From NCBI GenBank assembly GCA_043807085.1, contig JAZDGI010000013.1, positions 1,607-65,606 on the forward strand: DNA of 64,000 bases, in the 5' to 3' direction. The position numbers were made by a program, and so were the translations under genes. This stretch comes from a bacterium (lineage in GTDB: Bacteria; Patescibacteriota; Minisyncoccia; Minisyncoccales; JAZDGI01). Each line of letters opens with the position of its first letter. Within the stretch, counting starts at the first letter, position 1. Of this stretch, positions 7,446-18,132 are shown in pieces. The notes beneath the pieces are model-generated. The model was not told the origin of the DNA. It did not search any database and saw only the letters and a program-made list of their open reading frames with translations.

Positions 7446-8490
7446 AACTAAAATTGAAAGATCGGCTAAGAAATTTAATTTAACCGACCCAGTGGAGCAA
7501 GAGGAGTATTTTGAATTAAAAGCCGGTTCGGAAATTCAAAAAATAAAAGATTATTTAAAAACCAATACTTTCGTCGCTTATCTTTTAGGCAAGAAAAATT
7601 CCGGCAAAGGTACTTATGCAAAAATGTTCGGGGAAATTGTGGGCAAAGACAAGGTAGAACATCTGTCAGTCGGGGATATGATCAGGAATATTGATAAGGA
7701 ACTCCAGAATCCCGAAACAAAAAAAGAACTAATAGCTTTTTTGGAAAAAAATTATCGGGGGAGGCTTCCTTTAGCCGAAATAACTTCGGCCTTGGCAAGG
7801 AGAAGCACCAAGACCCTTTTGCCTACGGAATTGATTCTGGCCTTGGTTAAAAGAGAGATAGCTAAGAAAGAAAAAAAAGCAGTTTTTATTGACGGATTTC
7901 CCAGGGATTTAGATCAAATTAATTTTTCTCTGTTTTTCCGCGACCTGATAGGCTACCGAGAAGATCCGGATATTTTTGTTTTGATTGATGTGCCGACCGC
8001 CGTCATAGACGAGAGGATTAAATGGAGAAGAGTTTGTCCCGTTTGCCAGACTTCCAGAAATTTAAAGCTCCTCCTGACCTCAAAAGTGGGCTACCGAGAA
8101 AAAACCAAAGAATTTTATTTGATTTGTGATAACCCCGAATGCCAAGAAGCGGAAATGCTTCCCAAGGAGGGAGATAAGGCAGGGATTAAGCCGATTAAAA
8201 AGAGATTAAAGATGGATGAAAAATTGATTGGCGAGGCGTTTTCCCTTTACGGCATACCTAAAATTTTATTGCGGAATTCCGTGCCCCAAAAATCCGCTCA
8301 AAATTATGTTGACGATTACGAGATTACTCCCGAGTATTCTTTTGACTGGGATGAAAAAAACAAAAAAGTTAAAATTATTGAAAGGCCTTGGCTGATAAAA
8401 GATAGCGAAGGAATCCGGTCTTACAGTTTATTGGCCCAACCAGTAGTAGTTTCTCTGATTAAACAAACGGCTAAAGTTTTAAATTTGTAA
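7426..8490 (+). CDS. Adenylate-kinase-family NMP kinase with long insertions (354 aa) and a Zn-lid.
   Basis: P-loop GKKNSGKGT; SVGDMIR; FIDGFPRDLDQ (Adk IDGFPRT motif); lid RRVCPVCQ...CDNPEC. Confidence 0.6.
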   Translation: MQFPIFKTKIERSAKKFNLTDPVEQEEYFELKAGSEIQKIKDYLKTNTFVAYLLGKKNSGKGTYAKMFGEIVGKDKVEHLSVGDMIRNIDKELQNPETKKELIAFLEKNYRGRLPLAEITSALARRSTKTLLPTELILALVKREIAKKEKKAVFIDGFPRDLDQINFSLFFRDLIGYREDPDIFVLIDVPTAVIDERIKWRRVCPVCQTSRNLKLLLTSKVGYREKTKEFYLICDNPECQEAEMLPKEGDKAGIKPIKKRLKMDEKLIGEAFSLYGIPKILLRNSVPQKSAQNYVDDYEITPEYSFDWDEKNKKVKIIERPWLIKDSEGIRSYSLLAQPVVVSLIKQTAKVLNL

Positions 8491-8500
8491 GCGCGCGTAG

Positions 8501-8571
8501 TCGGGCTGTGGGGAATTGAACCCCAATCTTACCCACCCCAAGGGTAAATACTGCCGTTGTACTACAACCCG
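8501..8571 (-). tRNA. tRNA-Pro (anticodon GGG).
   Basis: Reverse complement folds as a cloverleaf: acceptor CGGGTTG/CAGCCCG, anticodon loop TTGGGGT (G37), T-loop TTCAATT. Confidence 0.7.
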
Positions 8572-8595
8572 ATTTTTGGTTTCACGCTTCCCTTA

Positions 8596-8784
8596 TTATT
8601 TTTTCTTTCCTGCGGCTTTAATGCATTTGGCGCAAACCAAAATCCGTTTTCCAGCAGGTCCAGCGAACCATTGGAGATTGGGAAGCTGTTTTCTTTTGAT
8701 AGTCGGATTGTAGCGCTGGTGGAATTTCACTCTCCGCCAGACCATTTTACTGCCTTTGCCGCAGATGGCGCATTTTTTAGTCAT
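8596..8784 (-). CDS. rpmB: 50S ribosomal protein L28.
   Basis: 62 aa; MTKKCAICGK...KRKQLPNLQ matches L28; C4 variant. Confidence 0.85.
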   Translation of the reverse strand: MTKKCAICGKGSKMVWRRVKFHQRYNPTIKRKQLPNLQWFAGPAGKRILVCAKCIKAAGKKK

Positions 8785-8840
8785 AAAATTATTTTAGCAA
8801 AGATTTTAAATATTTTCAAGAATAGTGTAAAATAAACAAT

Positions 8841-9449
8841 ATGGAATATATTTTCATAATCGCAGTTTTAATTTTTTCCGTCATTATTCACGAAATTTCC
8901 CACGGGGCGATGGCGAATAAATTGGGCGATCCCACGGCCAAGCTTGCCGGCCGGCTTACATTGAATCCCCTGAAACATTTGGATCCGATTGGTTCGGTGA
9001 TTCTGCCCTCTATTTTGATAATATTAAAGAGCGGTTTCATTTTCGGCTGGGCAAAACCCGTGCCTGTTAATCCCAATAATTTCAGCGATCAAAAATACGG
9101 CCAGGCCAAAGTCGCTCTGGCCGGGCCGGCCTCAAACTTATTAATCGCTTTAATATTCGGCCTTTTGCTGCGTTTTTTTTCCGATTGGCCGATTCTTCAA
9201 TCTTTTTCTTTCGCCTTTTCTTACATTGTTTATATAAATCTTCTTTTGTGCATATTTAATTTGCTGCCAGTTCCTCCTTTGGATGGTTCTCATATTTTTT
9301 TCCTTTTTTTTCCGGCAGCGGAGAAAATAAAAATATTTTTGAGTAAATTCAACATTTTTATTCTGATTGCTTTTATTTTTTTCCTTTTCCCTTTGCTTAG
9401 CTCGGTCGTCAGCCGCATTTTCAATCTCCTCGTCGGCCATTATTTATAA
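8841..9449 (+). CDS. Site-2 protease family (peptidase M50) membrane metalloprotease.
   Basis: HEISH (HExxH) in a transmembrane helix; LPVPPLDGSHIF (LDG motif). Confidence 0.8.
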   Translation: MEYIFIIAVLIFSVIIHEISHGAMANKLGDPTAKLAGRLTLNPLKHLDPIGSVILPSILIILKSGFIFGWAKPVPVNPNNFSDQKYGQAKVALAGPASNLLIALIFGLLLRFFSDWPILQSFSFAFSYIVYINLLLCIFNLLPVPPLDGSHIFFLFFPAAEKIKIFLSKFNIFILIAFIFFLFPLLSSVVSRIFNLLVGHYL

Positions 9450-9455
9450 AAAGCA

Positions 9456-9484
9456 TTGACACATTAGGATTCATTTGTTAAATT
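9456..9484 (+). promoter_or_regulatory. Candidate promoter TTGACA-17-TAAATT upstream of rpsL.
   Basis: Hexamers and spacing seen; 8 nt before the ATG at 9493. Confidence 0.4.
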
Positions 9485-9492
9485 ATATTGGT

Positions 9493-9909
9493 ATGCCGAC
9501 GTTGAGACAACTCGTCAGAAAAGGAAGAAAACGAGCCAAAAAGAAAGACAAGACTCCTGCCTTGAGTTTCGGTTTTAATACAAGGAAAAATTGTCCGGTT
9601 GAATATCCTTCTCCGTTTAAAAGAGGGGTTTGCATTAAGGTTTTTACTGTTACTCCTAAAAAACCTAATTCGGCCTTAAGAAAAGTGGCGAGAGTCCGTT
9701 TAACCAATAGTAAGGAAGTGACGGCTTATATTCCCGGCGAAGGTCACAATATTCAGGAGCACTCAATAGTCATTATTCGCGGCGGGAGAGTAAAGGATTT
9801 ACCCGGAGTCAGGTATCATATTGTCAGGGGACTGTTGGACGCCGCTGGAGTGGAAGGCCGCAAGCAGGAAAGGAGTAAATACGGCGTGAAGCGTCCAGCC
9901 GCCAAATAA
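9493..9909 (+). CDS. rpsL: 30S ribosomal protein S12. The true start is MPTLRQLV; the ORF-track start at 9475 is upstream.
   Basis: [18 protein letters not shown] and [17 protein letters not shown] motifs; carries an approximately 12-aa insertion near the N-terminus. Confidence 0.95.
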   Translation: MPTLRQLVRKGRKRAKKKDKTPALSFGFNTRKNCPVEYPSPFKRGVCIKVFTVTPKKPNSALRKVARVRLTNSKEVTAYIPGEGHNIQEHSIVIIRGGRVKDLPGVRYHIVRGLLDAAGVEGRKQERSKYGVKRPAAK

Positions 9910-9912
9910 TCT

Positions 9913-10380
9913 ATGGCTAGATCTAAAAAAGAAAAACATATTGTTCTGCCCGACCCTCTTTATAGCAATTTAATGGTTTCCAAGTTGGTCAATTACGTAA
10001 TGAAGGGAGGAAAGAAAAATACGGCGCGTAGAATAGTCTACGACGCTTTTGAGATAATCAAAGAAAAAACCAAAAAAGAGGCGGTGGAAATTTTTGAGCA
10101 GGCCTTAATTAATACGAGGCCTCTTTTGGAGGTCAGGCCGAAAAGAATCGGCGGAGCGACATATCAGGTTCCCAGGCCCGTGGCCGAAAATAGGGGAACG
10201 GCCTTGGCCTTGCGTTGGATTTTGTCAGCGGCCAGAACGAAAAAAGGCCAGCCAATGCATAAAAAGTTGGCTGAAGAATTAATCGGAGCCGCAAACAACA
10301 CTAGCGCGGCCATAAAAAAGAAAGAGAATATGCACAAAATGGCTGAGGCTAACAGGGCTTTCGCTCACTTCGCCTGGTAA
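9913..10380 (+). CDS. rpsG: 30S ribosomal protein S7.
   Basis: 155 aa; position in the str operon; S7 conserved blocks. Confidence 0.9.
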   Translation: MARSKKEKHIVLPDPLYSNLMVSKLVNYVMKGGKKNTARRIVYDAFEIIKEKTKKEAVEIFEQALINTRPLLEVRPKRIGGATYQVPRPVAENRGTALALRWILSAARTKKGQPMHKKLAEELIGAANNTSAAIKKKENMHKMAEANRAFAHFAW

Positions 10381-10404
10381 AAATCAGCGAATAGCGAACT
10401 TGAT

Positions 10405-12489
10405 ATGCGACAATACCCTATAGAAAAATACCGCAATATCGGAATAATTGCCCACATTGACGCCGGTAAAACCACTACGACCGAGCGGATTTTATTTTAC
10501 ACCGGCATGACCCATAAAATCGGCGACATTGACGAGGGCACGACAGTAATGGATTGGATGGCCCAGGAGAGAGAAAGGGGAATCACTATTACTTCGGCGG
10601 CCACCACTTGTTTTTGGCGGTTAGATGGAGCTGAATACAGGATAAATATCATTGATACTCCTGGGCACATTGACTTTACGGCCGAGGTTCAGAGGTCTTT
10701 GAGAGTTTTAGACGGCGGCGTTGTTGTTTTTGACGGAGTTTCCGGGGTGGAGCCCCAATCGGAAACAGTCTGGCGCCAGGCAGACAAGTTTCAGGTTCCG
10801 AGAATTTGTTTTATCAATAAAATGGATAGAATGGGCGCTAATTTTGAGGAAAGTCTGAAATCCATTTTGGAAAAATTAACTCCAAACGCCGTAGCTTTGC
10901 AGATACCCATTGGAGCGGAAGAGAATTTTTCTGGCGTTGTTGACTTGCTGAAAATGAAAGCCGTAAGATTTGAAGGCGCTTCCGGTGAAAAACTCGCAGA
11001 AGAAGAAATCCCCGGCGACTTGATGGAAAAGGCCAAAGAATGGCGCCGTAATTTAGTTGAAAGAGTCGCGGCCGAGGACGAAACTTTGCTGGAAAAATTT
11101 TTGGCGAAAAAAGATATCGCGGCGGAAGAATTGAGAGCTGTTTTAAGAAGAGCTACTCTTGATTATAGGTTGGTTCCGGTTTTCTGCGGGTCTTCTTTAA
11201 AAAATAAAGGCATCCAGCCCGTATTGGACGGAGTCGTTTATTACTTGCCTTCGCCCGCTGATTTGCCGCCAGCCAAAGGCACGGACCCAAAAACGGGCGA
11301 GTTTGTTGAGAGGAAGGTTTCCGATCAAGAATCTTTTTCCGCTCTGGCTTTTAAAATTGCCAGCGACCCTTATGTCGGAACTCTTACTTTTTTCAGGATT
11401 TATTCGGGCACGTTGAAAAAGGGCTCTTACGCATTAAACACGACAACTTTGGAAAAAGAGAGGATCGGCAGAATTTTAAGAATGCACGCCAACAGCCGGG
11501 AAGAAGTTGACGAAGTTTTTGCCGGAGATATTGCCGCCACCGTCGGCTTGAAGAATACTTCCACCGGCCATACTCTTTGCGATGAAAACAATCAGATTGT
11601 TTTGGAAAAAATAGTGTTTCCAGAGCCTGTAATTTCAATCAGGATTGAGCCTAAAACCAAAGCTGACCAGGAGAAAATGGGTATGGCTCTGAAAAAACTG
11701 GCCGAAGAAGATCCGACTTTCAGAGTAAAGGGAAACGCTGATACCGGAGAAACGATTATTTCGGGTATGGGCGAACTGCATCTTGAAATTATTGTTGACA
11801 GAATGAGGCGGGAATTTAAAGTGGAAGCCAATGTCGGCCGGCCGCAGGTCGCTTACAAAGAAACGATTACAGCCATGGCTGAAGCTGAAGGAAAATACAT
11901 AAAGCAGTCTGGAGGCAGGGGGCAATACGGACACGTTTATTTGAGGGTTGAGCCCAAAGAGAGAGGGCAGGGTTTTGAATTTATTGACGAAATTACTGGC
12001 GGAGTTATTCCCAGAGAATTTATTCCCGCTGTCGGCAAAGGAGTCAAAGAAGCCGCTGATAAAGGAGTAATCGCTGGATACCCCTTAGTGGATTTGGCAG
12101 CTACCTTATATGACGGATCTTTTCATGAGGTTGATTCTTCGGAAATCGCTTTTAAAATCGCGGGCTCTATGGCTCTGCAGTCTTGCGTGAAAAAAGCCAA
12201 GCCGGTTTTGCTGGAGCCGATAATGAAACTAGAAGTAATTGTCCCGCCGAATTTTTTTGGCGATGTAATCGGAGACCTGTCTTCAAAGAGAGGAAAGATT
12301 GAAGAAACCAAAGACAGATTGAATGTCAAAGTGATTGACACTAAAGTTCCTTTGTCTGAAATGTTCGGCTACGCCACGAGCTTACGCTCCTTGACAGAGG
12401 GCCGGGGAACATTTACTATGGAATTTGACCATTATGAACAAGTGCCGGCCAATATAGCGCAAGAAATTGTTGAAGGAAAGAGAAAATAA
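10405..12489 (+). CDS. fusA: Elongation factor G.
   Basis: 694 aa; GTPase motifs [18 protein letters not shown]. Confidence 0.95.
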   Translation: MRQYPIEKYRNIGIIAHIDAGKTTTTERILFYTGMTHKIGDIDEGTTVMDWMAQERERGITITSAATTCFWRLDGAEYRINIIDTPGHIDFTAEVQRSLRVLDGGVVVFDGVSGVEPQSETVWRQADKFQVPRICFINKMDRMGANFEESLKSILEKLTPNAVALQIPIGAEENFSGVVDLLKMKAVRFEGASGEKLAEEEIPGDLMEKAKEWRRNLVERVAAEDETLLEKFLAKKDIAAEELRAVLRRATLDYRLVPVFCGSSLKNKGIQPVLDGVVYYLPSPADLPPAKGTDPKTGEFVERKVSDQESFSALAFKIASDPYVGTLTFFRIYSGTLKKGSYALNTTTLEKERIGRILRMHANSREEVDEVFAGDIAATVGLKNTSTGHTLCDENNQIVLEKIVFPEPVISIRIEPKTKADQEKMGMALKKLAEEDPTFRVKGNADTGETIISGMGELHLEIIVDRMRREFKVEANVGRPQVAYKETITAMAEAEGKYIKQSGGRGQYGHVYLRVEPKERGQGFEFIDEITGGVIPREFIPAVGKGVKEAADKGVIAGYPLVDLAATLYDGSFHEVDSSEIAFKIAGSMALQSCVKKAKPVLLEPIMKLEVIVPPNFFGDVIGDLSSKRGKIEETKDRLNVKVIDTKVPLSEMFGYATSLRSLTEGRGTFTMEFDHYEQVPANIAQEIVEGKRK

Positions 12490-12567
12490 TTAACATTGAC
12501 TTTTAAAAAGGTTCGGAGTAAAATAATAAACATAATAATTAATTAAGCTCTAAATTATTAAACTAAT

Positions 12568-13767
12568 ATGGCGGAAAAAGAAAAGTTCGTTAGGGAAAAA
12601 CCCCATTTAAACATCGGCACTATTGGCCACGTTGACCACGGCAAAACCACTTTGACGTCGGCAATTCTGCACGTCTTAAGACTTAAGGGTTTTAAAGCCA
12701 AAGAAAAGTCGGTTGACGAAATTGACGCGGCGCCTGAAGAGAAAGCAAGAGGGATTACGATTTCCATCACTCATCTTGAATACGAAACCGAAAAAAGACA
12801 TTACGCCCATATTGATTGTCCGGGCCACGCCGATTACATTAAGAATATGATTACAGGAGCCGCCCAAATGGACGGAGGAATTTTAGTTGTTTCCGCTCCA
12901 GACGGCCCGATGCCTCAAACTAGAGAGCATATATTATTGGCCCGTCAGGTGGGGCTACCGGCTTTGGTTGTCTTTTTGAACAAATGCGACGCCGTTGAGG
13001 ATCCTGAAATGATTGATTTGGTTGAAGGCGAGGTAAGGGAATTACTGAAAAAGTATCAGTTCCCGGGCGACCAAACTCCGATTATTCGCGGTTCGGCCTT
13101 AAAGGCGCTGGAAGTGAAATCCGCTGATGATGAAGCGGCAAAGCCTATTTTAGATTTGATGAAAGCGGTAGATGATTTTATTCCCGAGCCCTCACGCGAA
13201 AAAGAAAAGCCATTTTTAATGGCTATTGAAGATATTTTCAGCATTGAGGGGCGGGGAACGGTGGCTACCGGCAGGATTGAACGAGGCGTGGTTCATTCTA
13301 ATGAGGAAGTGGAAATAATTGGTATTAGGCCAACAAGCAAAACAACCGTTGTTTCCATTGAAATGTTCAATAAAATACTTGACGAAGGAATGGCCGGAGA
13401 TAACGTTGGAATTCTTTTAAGAGGATTGAAGAAAGAAGATGTGGAAAGAGGCCAGGTTTTGGCCAAGGCAGGATCGGTTACTCCTCATGCCGAGTTTGCT
13501 GGAGAGGTTTATATTTTGACCAAAGAAGAAGGCGGCCGGCATACGCCATTTTTCACCGGCTATAAGCCCCAGCTTTATTTTAGGACTACCGACGTGACCG
13601 GCGAAGTGACTTTGCCCCAGGGGACGGAAATGGTTATGCCTGGCGACACTGTCACCTTGGATATTAAATTGATTGTGCCCGTGGCTATGGAAGAAAAACA
13701 GAGGTTCGCCATCAGAGAAGGAGGCAAAACCGTGGGAGCCGGCGTTGTAACCAAAATAATTAAATAA
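12568..13767 (+). CDS. tuf: Elongation factor Tu.
   Basis: 399 aa; [18 protein letters not shown]. Confidence 0.95.
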   Translation: MAEKEKFVREKPHLNIGTIGHVDHGKTTLTSAILHVLRLKGFKAKEKSVDEIDAAPEEKARGITISITHLEYETEKRHYAHIDCPGHADYIKNMITGAAQMDGGILVVSAPDGPMPQTREHILLARQVGLPALVVFLNKCDAVEDPEMIDLVEGEVRELLKKYQFPGDQTPIIRGSALKALEVKSADDEAAKPILDLMKAVDDFIPEPSREKEKPFLMAIEDIFSIEGRGTVATGRIERGVVHSNEEVEIIGIRPTSKTTVVSIEMFNKILDEGMAGDNVGILLRGLKKEDVERGQVLAKAGSVTPHAEFAGEVYILTKEEGGRHTPFFTGYKPQLYFRTTDVTGEVTLPQGTEMVMPGDTVTLDIKLIVPVAMEEKQRFAIREGGKTVGAGVVTKIIK

Positions 13768-14108
13768 TGCCCACCAAAAAGAAAGCGCCACAGGAACAGC
13801 AGGTCAAACCAAAGCTCCGTATTAAATTGCGGGCTTACGATCATAAGGTTATTGACAGCTCTGCTAAACAGATAATTGAAACCGCTTTAAGACACGGGAG
13901 CGATATCTTGGGTCCGGTTCCTCTTCCAACCGAAATACGGAAGTTCACCGTCAATCGTTCTTCTTTCATACACAAAGACGCTCGGGAACAGTTTGAAATG
14001 CGCGTTCACAAAAGAATAATTGACATTATCAGTCCCGATCAAAAAATTATTGAGTCATTGATGAGCTTAAATCTTCCGGCCGGCGTGGACATTGAAATTA
14101 AGATGTAG
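13767..14108 (+). CDS. rpsJ: 30S ribosomal protein S10, with an N-terminal extension.
   Basis: 113 aa; [14 protein letters not shown]...GPVPLPT. Confidence 0.9.
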   Translation: MPTKKKAPQEQQVKPKLRIKLRAYDHKVIDSSAKQIIETALRHGSDILGPVPLPTEIRKFTVNRSSFIHKDAREQFEMRVHKRIIDIISPDQKIIESLMSLNLPAGVDIEIKM

Positions 14109-14115
14109 TATTTAG

Positions 14116-14141
14116 AAAAACCGCCGTTAGGCGGTTTTTTG
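14116..14141 (+). terminator. Rho-independent terminator (CCGCC-gtta-GGCGG-TTTTTT) after rpsJ.
   Basis: Seen directly in the sequence. Confidence 0.75.
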
Positions 14142-14180
14142 GCGGCGGTTGAAACTTATCTCTATAGCGCGCTGTAATCG

Positions 14181-14209
14181 TTGACATTTGGTTTGTCTTC
14201 GGCTATACT
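14181..14209 (+). promoter_or_regulatory. Strong sigma70-like promoter TTGACA-17-TATACT driving rplC and downstream genes.
   Basis: Consensus-like -35 and -10 with 17-nt spacing. A ~75-nt leader follows, containing hairpin cggggttagtgccccg (14254-14269) plus a T-rich tract. Confidence 0.6.
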
Positions 14210-14291
14210 TTCTAATATGGAATAAAAGGAGTACTAACCGGATTTAATACGCGGGGTTAGTGCCCCGTGTTTTGTTGGTAAGATAAACAGC

Positions 14292-14861
14292 ATGAAATTT
14301 ATTTTGGGGAAAAAATTGGGAATGAGCCAGATTTTTAACGAAAAAGGAAATTTTGTCCCGGTGACTTTGATTGAGGCCGGTCCATGCCAGATTACTCAAA
14401 TTAAAGACAAGGCGGTTCAGGTCGGCTTTATTAAAAAGACAAAAAGAATAAAAAAGACAGAGAAGGGGAAAGAGTTTAAATATCTAAGAGAATTCAGAAT
14501 TCAAAATCCAGAACTTAAAACGGGCGACATGATTGACGTTTCCGCGTTTCAGGAAGGAGATATGGCTAAAATTTCCGGCATTTCCAAGGGAAAGGGTTTT
14601 CAGGGAGTGGTCAAGAGATGGGGGTTTCACGGCCGGCCCACGACTCACGGCATGAAACACGAAGGAAGAACGCCAGGATCGGTGGGATGTTCGGGCCCGG
14701 AAAGAGTTATTAAGGGCAAGAAGCTGGCTGGTCATTACGGGGCTTGCAGCGTATCGGTGAAAAATTTGTTGATTGTAAAAATAGACAAGGAAAATAATCT
14801 TATAGCCGTCCGGGGAGCCGTGCCCGGTCCCAAAGGCGCTTTGTTGGAAATTTCCATATGA
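14292..14861 (+). CDS. rplC: 50S ribosomal protein L3.
   Basis: 189 aa; L3 blocks; position. Confidence 0.9.
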   Translation: MKFILGKKLGMSQIFNEKGNFVPVTLIEAGPCQITQIKDKAVQVGFIKKTKRIKKTEKGKEFKYLREFRIQNPELKTGDMIDVSAFQEGDMAKISGISKGKGFQGVVKRWGFHGRPTTHGMKHEGRTPGSVGCSGPERVIKGKKLAGHYGACSVSVKNLLIVKIDKENNLIAVRGAVPGPKGALLEISI

Positions 14862-15502
14862 AAATATCTGTTTACAACCAAAAAGGCGAAGAAACCGGAA
14901 GCGCCTTGCTGCCAAAGGAAATTTTTGATGTTGCTTTGGCGCAGGACTTAGTTCATCAGGTTGCGGTTTCCCAAATGGCTAACCGCCGGCAAGTCATAGC
15001 GAGCACAAAAACCAGAGGCGAGGTCCGGGGCGGAGGCAAAAAACCTTGGGCGCAGAAAGGAACGGGAAGGTCCAGGCACGGCTCAATCAGGTCGCCTTTG
15101 TGGCGCCACGGAGGAATAACTTTTGGTCCGACCAAAGAAAGGATTTTTAAAGAAAAAATTCCCCGTAAGATGAGAATCAAAGCGCTTTTTATGGTTTTGT
15201 CGGCTAAGGCCAAAAATAATTTCCTCGTGGTTTTAGACGAGCTGAAGATTGATCAGGCAAAAACCAAAGTAATGGCCGAAATAATTGAAAATTTAAAATC
15301 AAAAGCGGAAAATTTCAAATCGGGAACCGTTTTGATCGCTTTGGCCGAAGCTGACAAGGGTGTGATTTTGTCGGCCAGAAATCTTCCTGGGATTAAAACT
15401 ATTCAGGCAAAAGATTTAAATGCTCTGGATTTGCTGTCTTTCAAGTATCTGATTATGACAAAAGACGGCATAAAGACAATTAAAGAAAATTTTTTGAAAT
15501 AA
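14858..15502 (+). CDS. rplD: 50S ribosomal protein L4.
   Basis: 214 aa; overlapping ATGA junction with rplC. Confidence 0.9.
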   Translation: MKISVYNQKGEETGSALLPKEIFDVALAQDLVHQVAVSQMANRRQVIASTKTRGEVRGGGKKPWAQKGTGRSRHGSIRSPLWRHGGITFGPTKERIFKEKIPRKMRIKALFMVLSAKAKNNFLVVLDELKIDQAKTKVMAEIIENLKSKAENFKSGTVLIALAEADKGVILSARNLPGIKTIQAKDLNALDLLSFKYLIMTKDGIKTIKENFLK

Positions 15503-15506
15503 AGCG

Positions 15507-15878
15507 ATGCTAAATATTTTTAAAAAGAAAGCTTCTCAAAAAGCGCAGAATGAGCCGAAAGCGGAGCGGCAGGTCACAAAATCAGAAAAGAGAATATCTG
15601 GTTCGTGGAAAGTGCTGAAATTTCCCCATATTGCCGAAAAATCAACGGAATTGGCGAAAAAAAATCAGTATGTTTTCAAAGTTTTCCCCGACACTAACAA
15701 ACCTGAAGTAAAACGGGCTGTAAGCTCAAAGTACGGCGTGGACGTTGTAAAAGTTAATATCGTAAATGTGCCTCACAAAAAAAGAAGACTTGGCAAGATC
15801 GCTGGCTTCAGGAAGGCTTATAAAAAAGCGATTGTTAAAATAAAAGAAGGTCAAAAAATAGACTTAATGCCAAGATAA
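15507..15878 (+). CDS. rplW: 50S ribosomal protein L23, with an N-terminal extension.
   Basis: 123 aa; position; L23 core. Confidence 0.85.
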   Translation: MLNIFKKKASQKAQNEPKAERQVTKSEKRISGSWKVLKFPHIAEKSTELAKKNQYVFKVFPDTNKPEVKRAVSSKYGVDVVKVNIVNVPHKKRRLGKIAGFRKAYKKAIVKIKEGQKIDLMPR

Positions 15879-15894
15879 GTATTACTATAATAAT

Positions 15895-16665
15895 ATGACA
15901 ATAAAGCTGTCAAAAAAAAGGCCGGAAAAAAGATTGCTGTTAGCCCAAAAAGAATCGGCTGGACGCGGCGCCCAGGGCAGGATCACCATAAGGCATCGTG
16001 GAGGAGGAGTAAAAAAACTTTACCGGATGATTGATTTTGGCCAAAAAAGGCGGGGTGCGCCAGCTGTTGTTGTTTCTTTAGAATACGATCCGAACAGATC
16101 GGCTTTTATCAGCCTTATTCAGTATCCTCAAGATGGCAGGAAAGCTTATGTTTTGGCGGCTGAAGGACAGAAAGAGGGAGATCAAGTTATTTGCGACGAA
16201 ATTGCGGAAATTAAAATTGGCAATAGAATGACGCTGAAAAACATACCCGTGGGCCAGCAGGTTTTTAATGTTGAATTGGAGCCGGGTCGGGGCGGAAAAT
16301 TGATCAGGGGAGCAGGGGCTTCGGCTAAAGTGCTGGCGCAGGAAGATTGTTTTACACAATTGGAGCTTCCGTCAAAGGAAATCAGGAAAATTTTTAATAC
16401 TTGTTATGCTACAATAGGTCAGGTGTCGCACGCTGATCATCGGTTTGAAGATTTTGGGAACGCCGGATCTAAAAGAAGAAAGGGTTGGAGGCCGACAGTC
16501 AGGGGAACGGCGATGAATCCGCCCGATCACCCTCATGGAGGAGGCGAAGGTAAAACGCCCATAGGATTGAAGTACCCCAAAACTCCGTGGGGAAAGTCGG
16601 CTCATGGTGTAAAAACCAGAAAAAAGAAGTGGACGGAAAAATATATAATTCAACGGCGAAAATAG
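15895..16665 (+). CDS. rplB: 50S ribosomal protein L2.
   Basis: 256 aa; GRNxxG and HPHGGGEG motifs. Confidence 0.95.
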   Translation: MTIKLSKKRPEKRLLLAQKESAGRGAQGRITIRHRGGGVKKLYRMIDFGQKRRGAPAVVVSLEYDPNRSAFISLIQYPQDGRKAYVLAAEGQKEGDQVICDEIAEIKIGNRMTLKNIPVGQQVFNVELEPGRGGKLIRGAGASAKVLAQEDCFTQLELPSKEIRKIFNTCYATIGQVSHADHRFEDFGNAGSKRRKGWRPTVRGTAMNPPDHPHGGGEGKTPIGLKYPKTPWGKSAHGVKTRKKKWTEKYIIQRRK

Positions 16666-16666
16666 T

Positions 16667-16984
16667 ATGTCAAGAAGTTTAAAAAAAGGTCCATATATTG
16701 ACGAAAGATTGATGGAGAAAATAAAGAAAGCAAAGCCCGGCGGAATAATCAAAACTTGGTCAAGGCGGGCTACTATTACGCCTGAAATGGTGGGGATTGT
16801 TTTTGCCGTGCACAACGGTAAAGAATTTATAGAAGCCAAGGCGACCGAGGAAATGGTCGGGCACAAGCTGGGAGAATTTTCGCCTACGACAAAATTTCAC
16901 CGCCACGGCGGGAAAATGCAGAGAGAAATTGAATCAAAGGAAGCTGGAAAAGAAACGACAAAAGTAAAAGAAGCAATCAAATAA
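16667..16984 (+). CDS. rpsS: 30S ribosomal protein S19.
   Basis: 105 aa; SRSLKKGPY; C-terminal extension. Confidence 0.9.
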   Translation: MSRSLKKGPYIDERLMEKIKKAKPGGIIKTWSRRATITPEMVGIVFAVHNGKEFIEAKATEEMVGHKLGEFSPTTKFHRHGGKMQREIESKEAGKETTKVKEAIK

Positions 16985-16985
16985 T

Positions 16986-17486
16986 ATGCCAGCCATAGCT
17001 AAATTAAGATATTTGCATATTGCGCCGAGAAAGGTAAGGCTGGTGGCCGATTTGATCAGGGGAAAATCGGTTGAATCAGCTGAAGCCATTTTAAGATTTA
17101 CCCGCAAGAGAGCGGCCGAAGTTGTCTTAAAGCTTTTGAAATCGGCGGTTGCCAACGCTAAAAATCAGCTGCAGATGGAAGCGTCAGGCTTGTATATTAA
17201 GAAAATTTTTGTTGATGAAGGGCCAAAATATAAAAGATTTATGCCCAGGGCTAGAGGTCAGGCTTACGCAATCCAAAAGAAAGTTTCGCACATAACCCTG
17301 GTTTTGGAAAAAAAGGAAGGAGCCAAGGAGGCGATGGCTGAGGAGATCAAATCTGAAAAAATTGCCGAGCCTGAAGATATTAAGGCGAAAAAGAAAGAAA
17401 TCAGGCCAAGATTTACGCCCAAAGGCGGGGGATTAAAGCCGAAAATCAGACTAGCAAGAAGAATATTCAGACGCAAGGCATTTTAA
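16986..17486 (+). CDS. rplV: 50S ribosomal protein L22, with a long C-terminal extension.
   Basis: 166 aa; L22 core plus a K/E-rich tail. Confidence 0.85.
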   Translation: MPAIAKLRYLHIAPRKVRLVADLIRGKSVESAEAILRFTRKRAAEVVLKLLKSAVANAKNQLQMEASGLYIKKIFVDEGPKYKRFMPRARGQAYAIQKKVSHITLVLEKKEGAKEAMAEEIKSEKIAEPEDIKAKKKEIRPRFTPKGGGLKPKIRLARRIFRRKAF

Positions 17487-17488
17487 TT

Positions 17489-18130
17489 ATGGCGCATAAA
17501 GTCCACCCAAAATCGTTCAGAATAAAAGGATTATATGACTGGGATTCGCGTTGGTTTTCCGGAAAAAATTTTCCGAAAATGTTGGAGGAAGATTTTGAGA
17601 TTAGGAAAATCATTGGAAAGAAAACGGCAAAATTGGCCGTGGAAAAAATTGAGATTGAAAGGTTTCCTGAGAAATTGAGTGTTATTATATTTTCCGCCCG
17701 ACCAGGCTTGCTTATCGGCCGAGGAGGCGAGGGAATTGAAGAATTAAAGAAAGTTTTGGCATCAAAAATTTTTTTGAAAAAGCCAAAAAGCGAATTAAAG
17801 ATAGAAATTAAAGAGGTCAAAAATCCTTGGATGTCAGCTTCCCTGGTCGCCCAGGGGGTAGCCGCTCAAATTGAAAAAAGAATGCCCTTCAGAAGGATTT
17901 TAAAACAGTCCGCGGAAAAAGTTATGTCAGCTAAGGCGCAGGGCGTCAGAATTGAAATAGCAGGCAGATTAAATGGCGCGGAAATTGCCAGGAGGGAGTG
18001 GCTAATGAGGGGCAGAATGCCGAGGCAAACCATAAGAGCCGAGATTGATTACTGTCAGACCCAGGCTTTCTGCACCTACGGAGTCATAGGAATAAAAGTA
18101 TGGATATATAAAGGCGATAAGTTTGAATAA
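17489..18130 (+). CDS. rpsC: 30S ribosomal protein S3.
   Basis: 213 aa; KH domain; position. Confidence 0.9.
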   Translation: MAHKVHPKSFRIKGLYDWDSRWFSGKNFPKMLEEDFEIRKIIGKKTAKLAVEKIEIERFPEKLSVIIFSARPGLLIGRGGEGIEELKKVLASKIFLKKPKSELKIEIKEVKNPWMSASLVAQGVAAQIEKRMPFRRILKQSAEKVMSAKAQGVRIEIAGRLNGAEIARREWLMRGRMPRQTIRAEIDYCQTQAFCTYGVIGIKVWIYKGDKFE

Positions 18131-18132
18131 TT

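Noticed and set aside
8516-8835. Plus-strand ORFs 8516..8713 and 8557..8835.
   Set aside because: They overlap the minus-strand tRNA-Pro and the well-supported rpmB (L28) gene; their translations are low-complexity.
10791-13844. Antisense ORFs within fusA and tuf (for example 11635..11934-, 13417..13791-).
   Set aside because: They lie inside highly conserved EF-G and EF-Tu coding sequence and are typical shadow ORFs.
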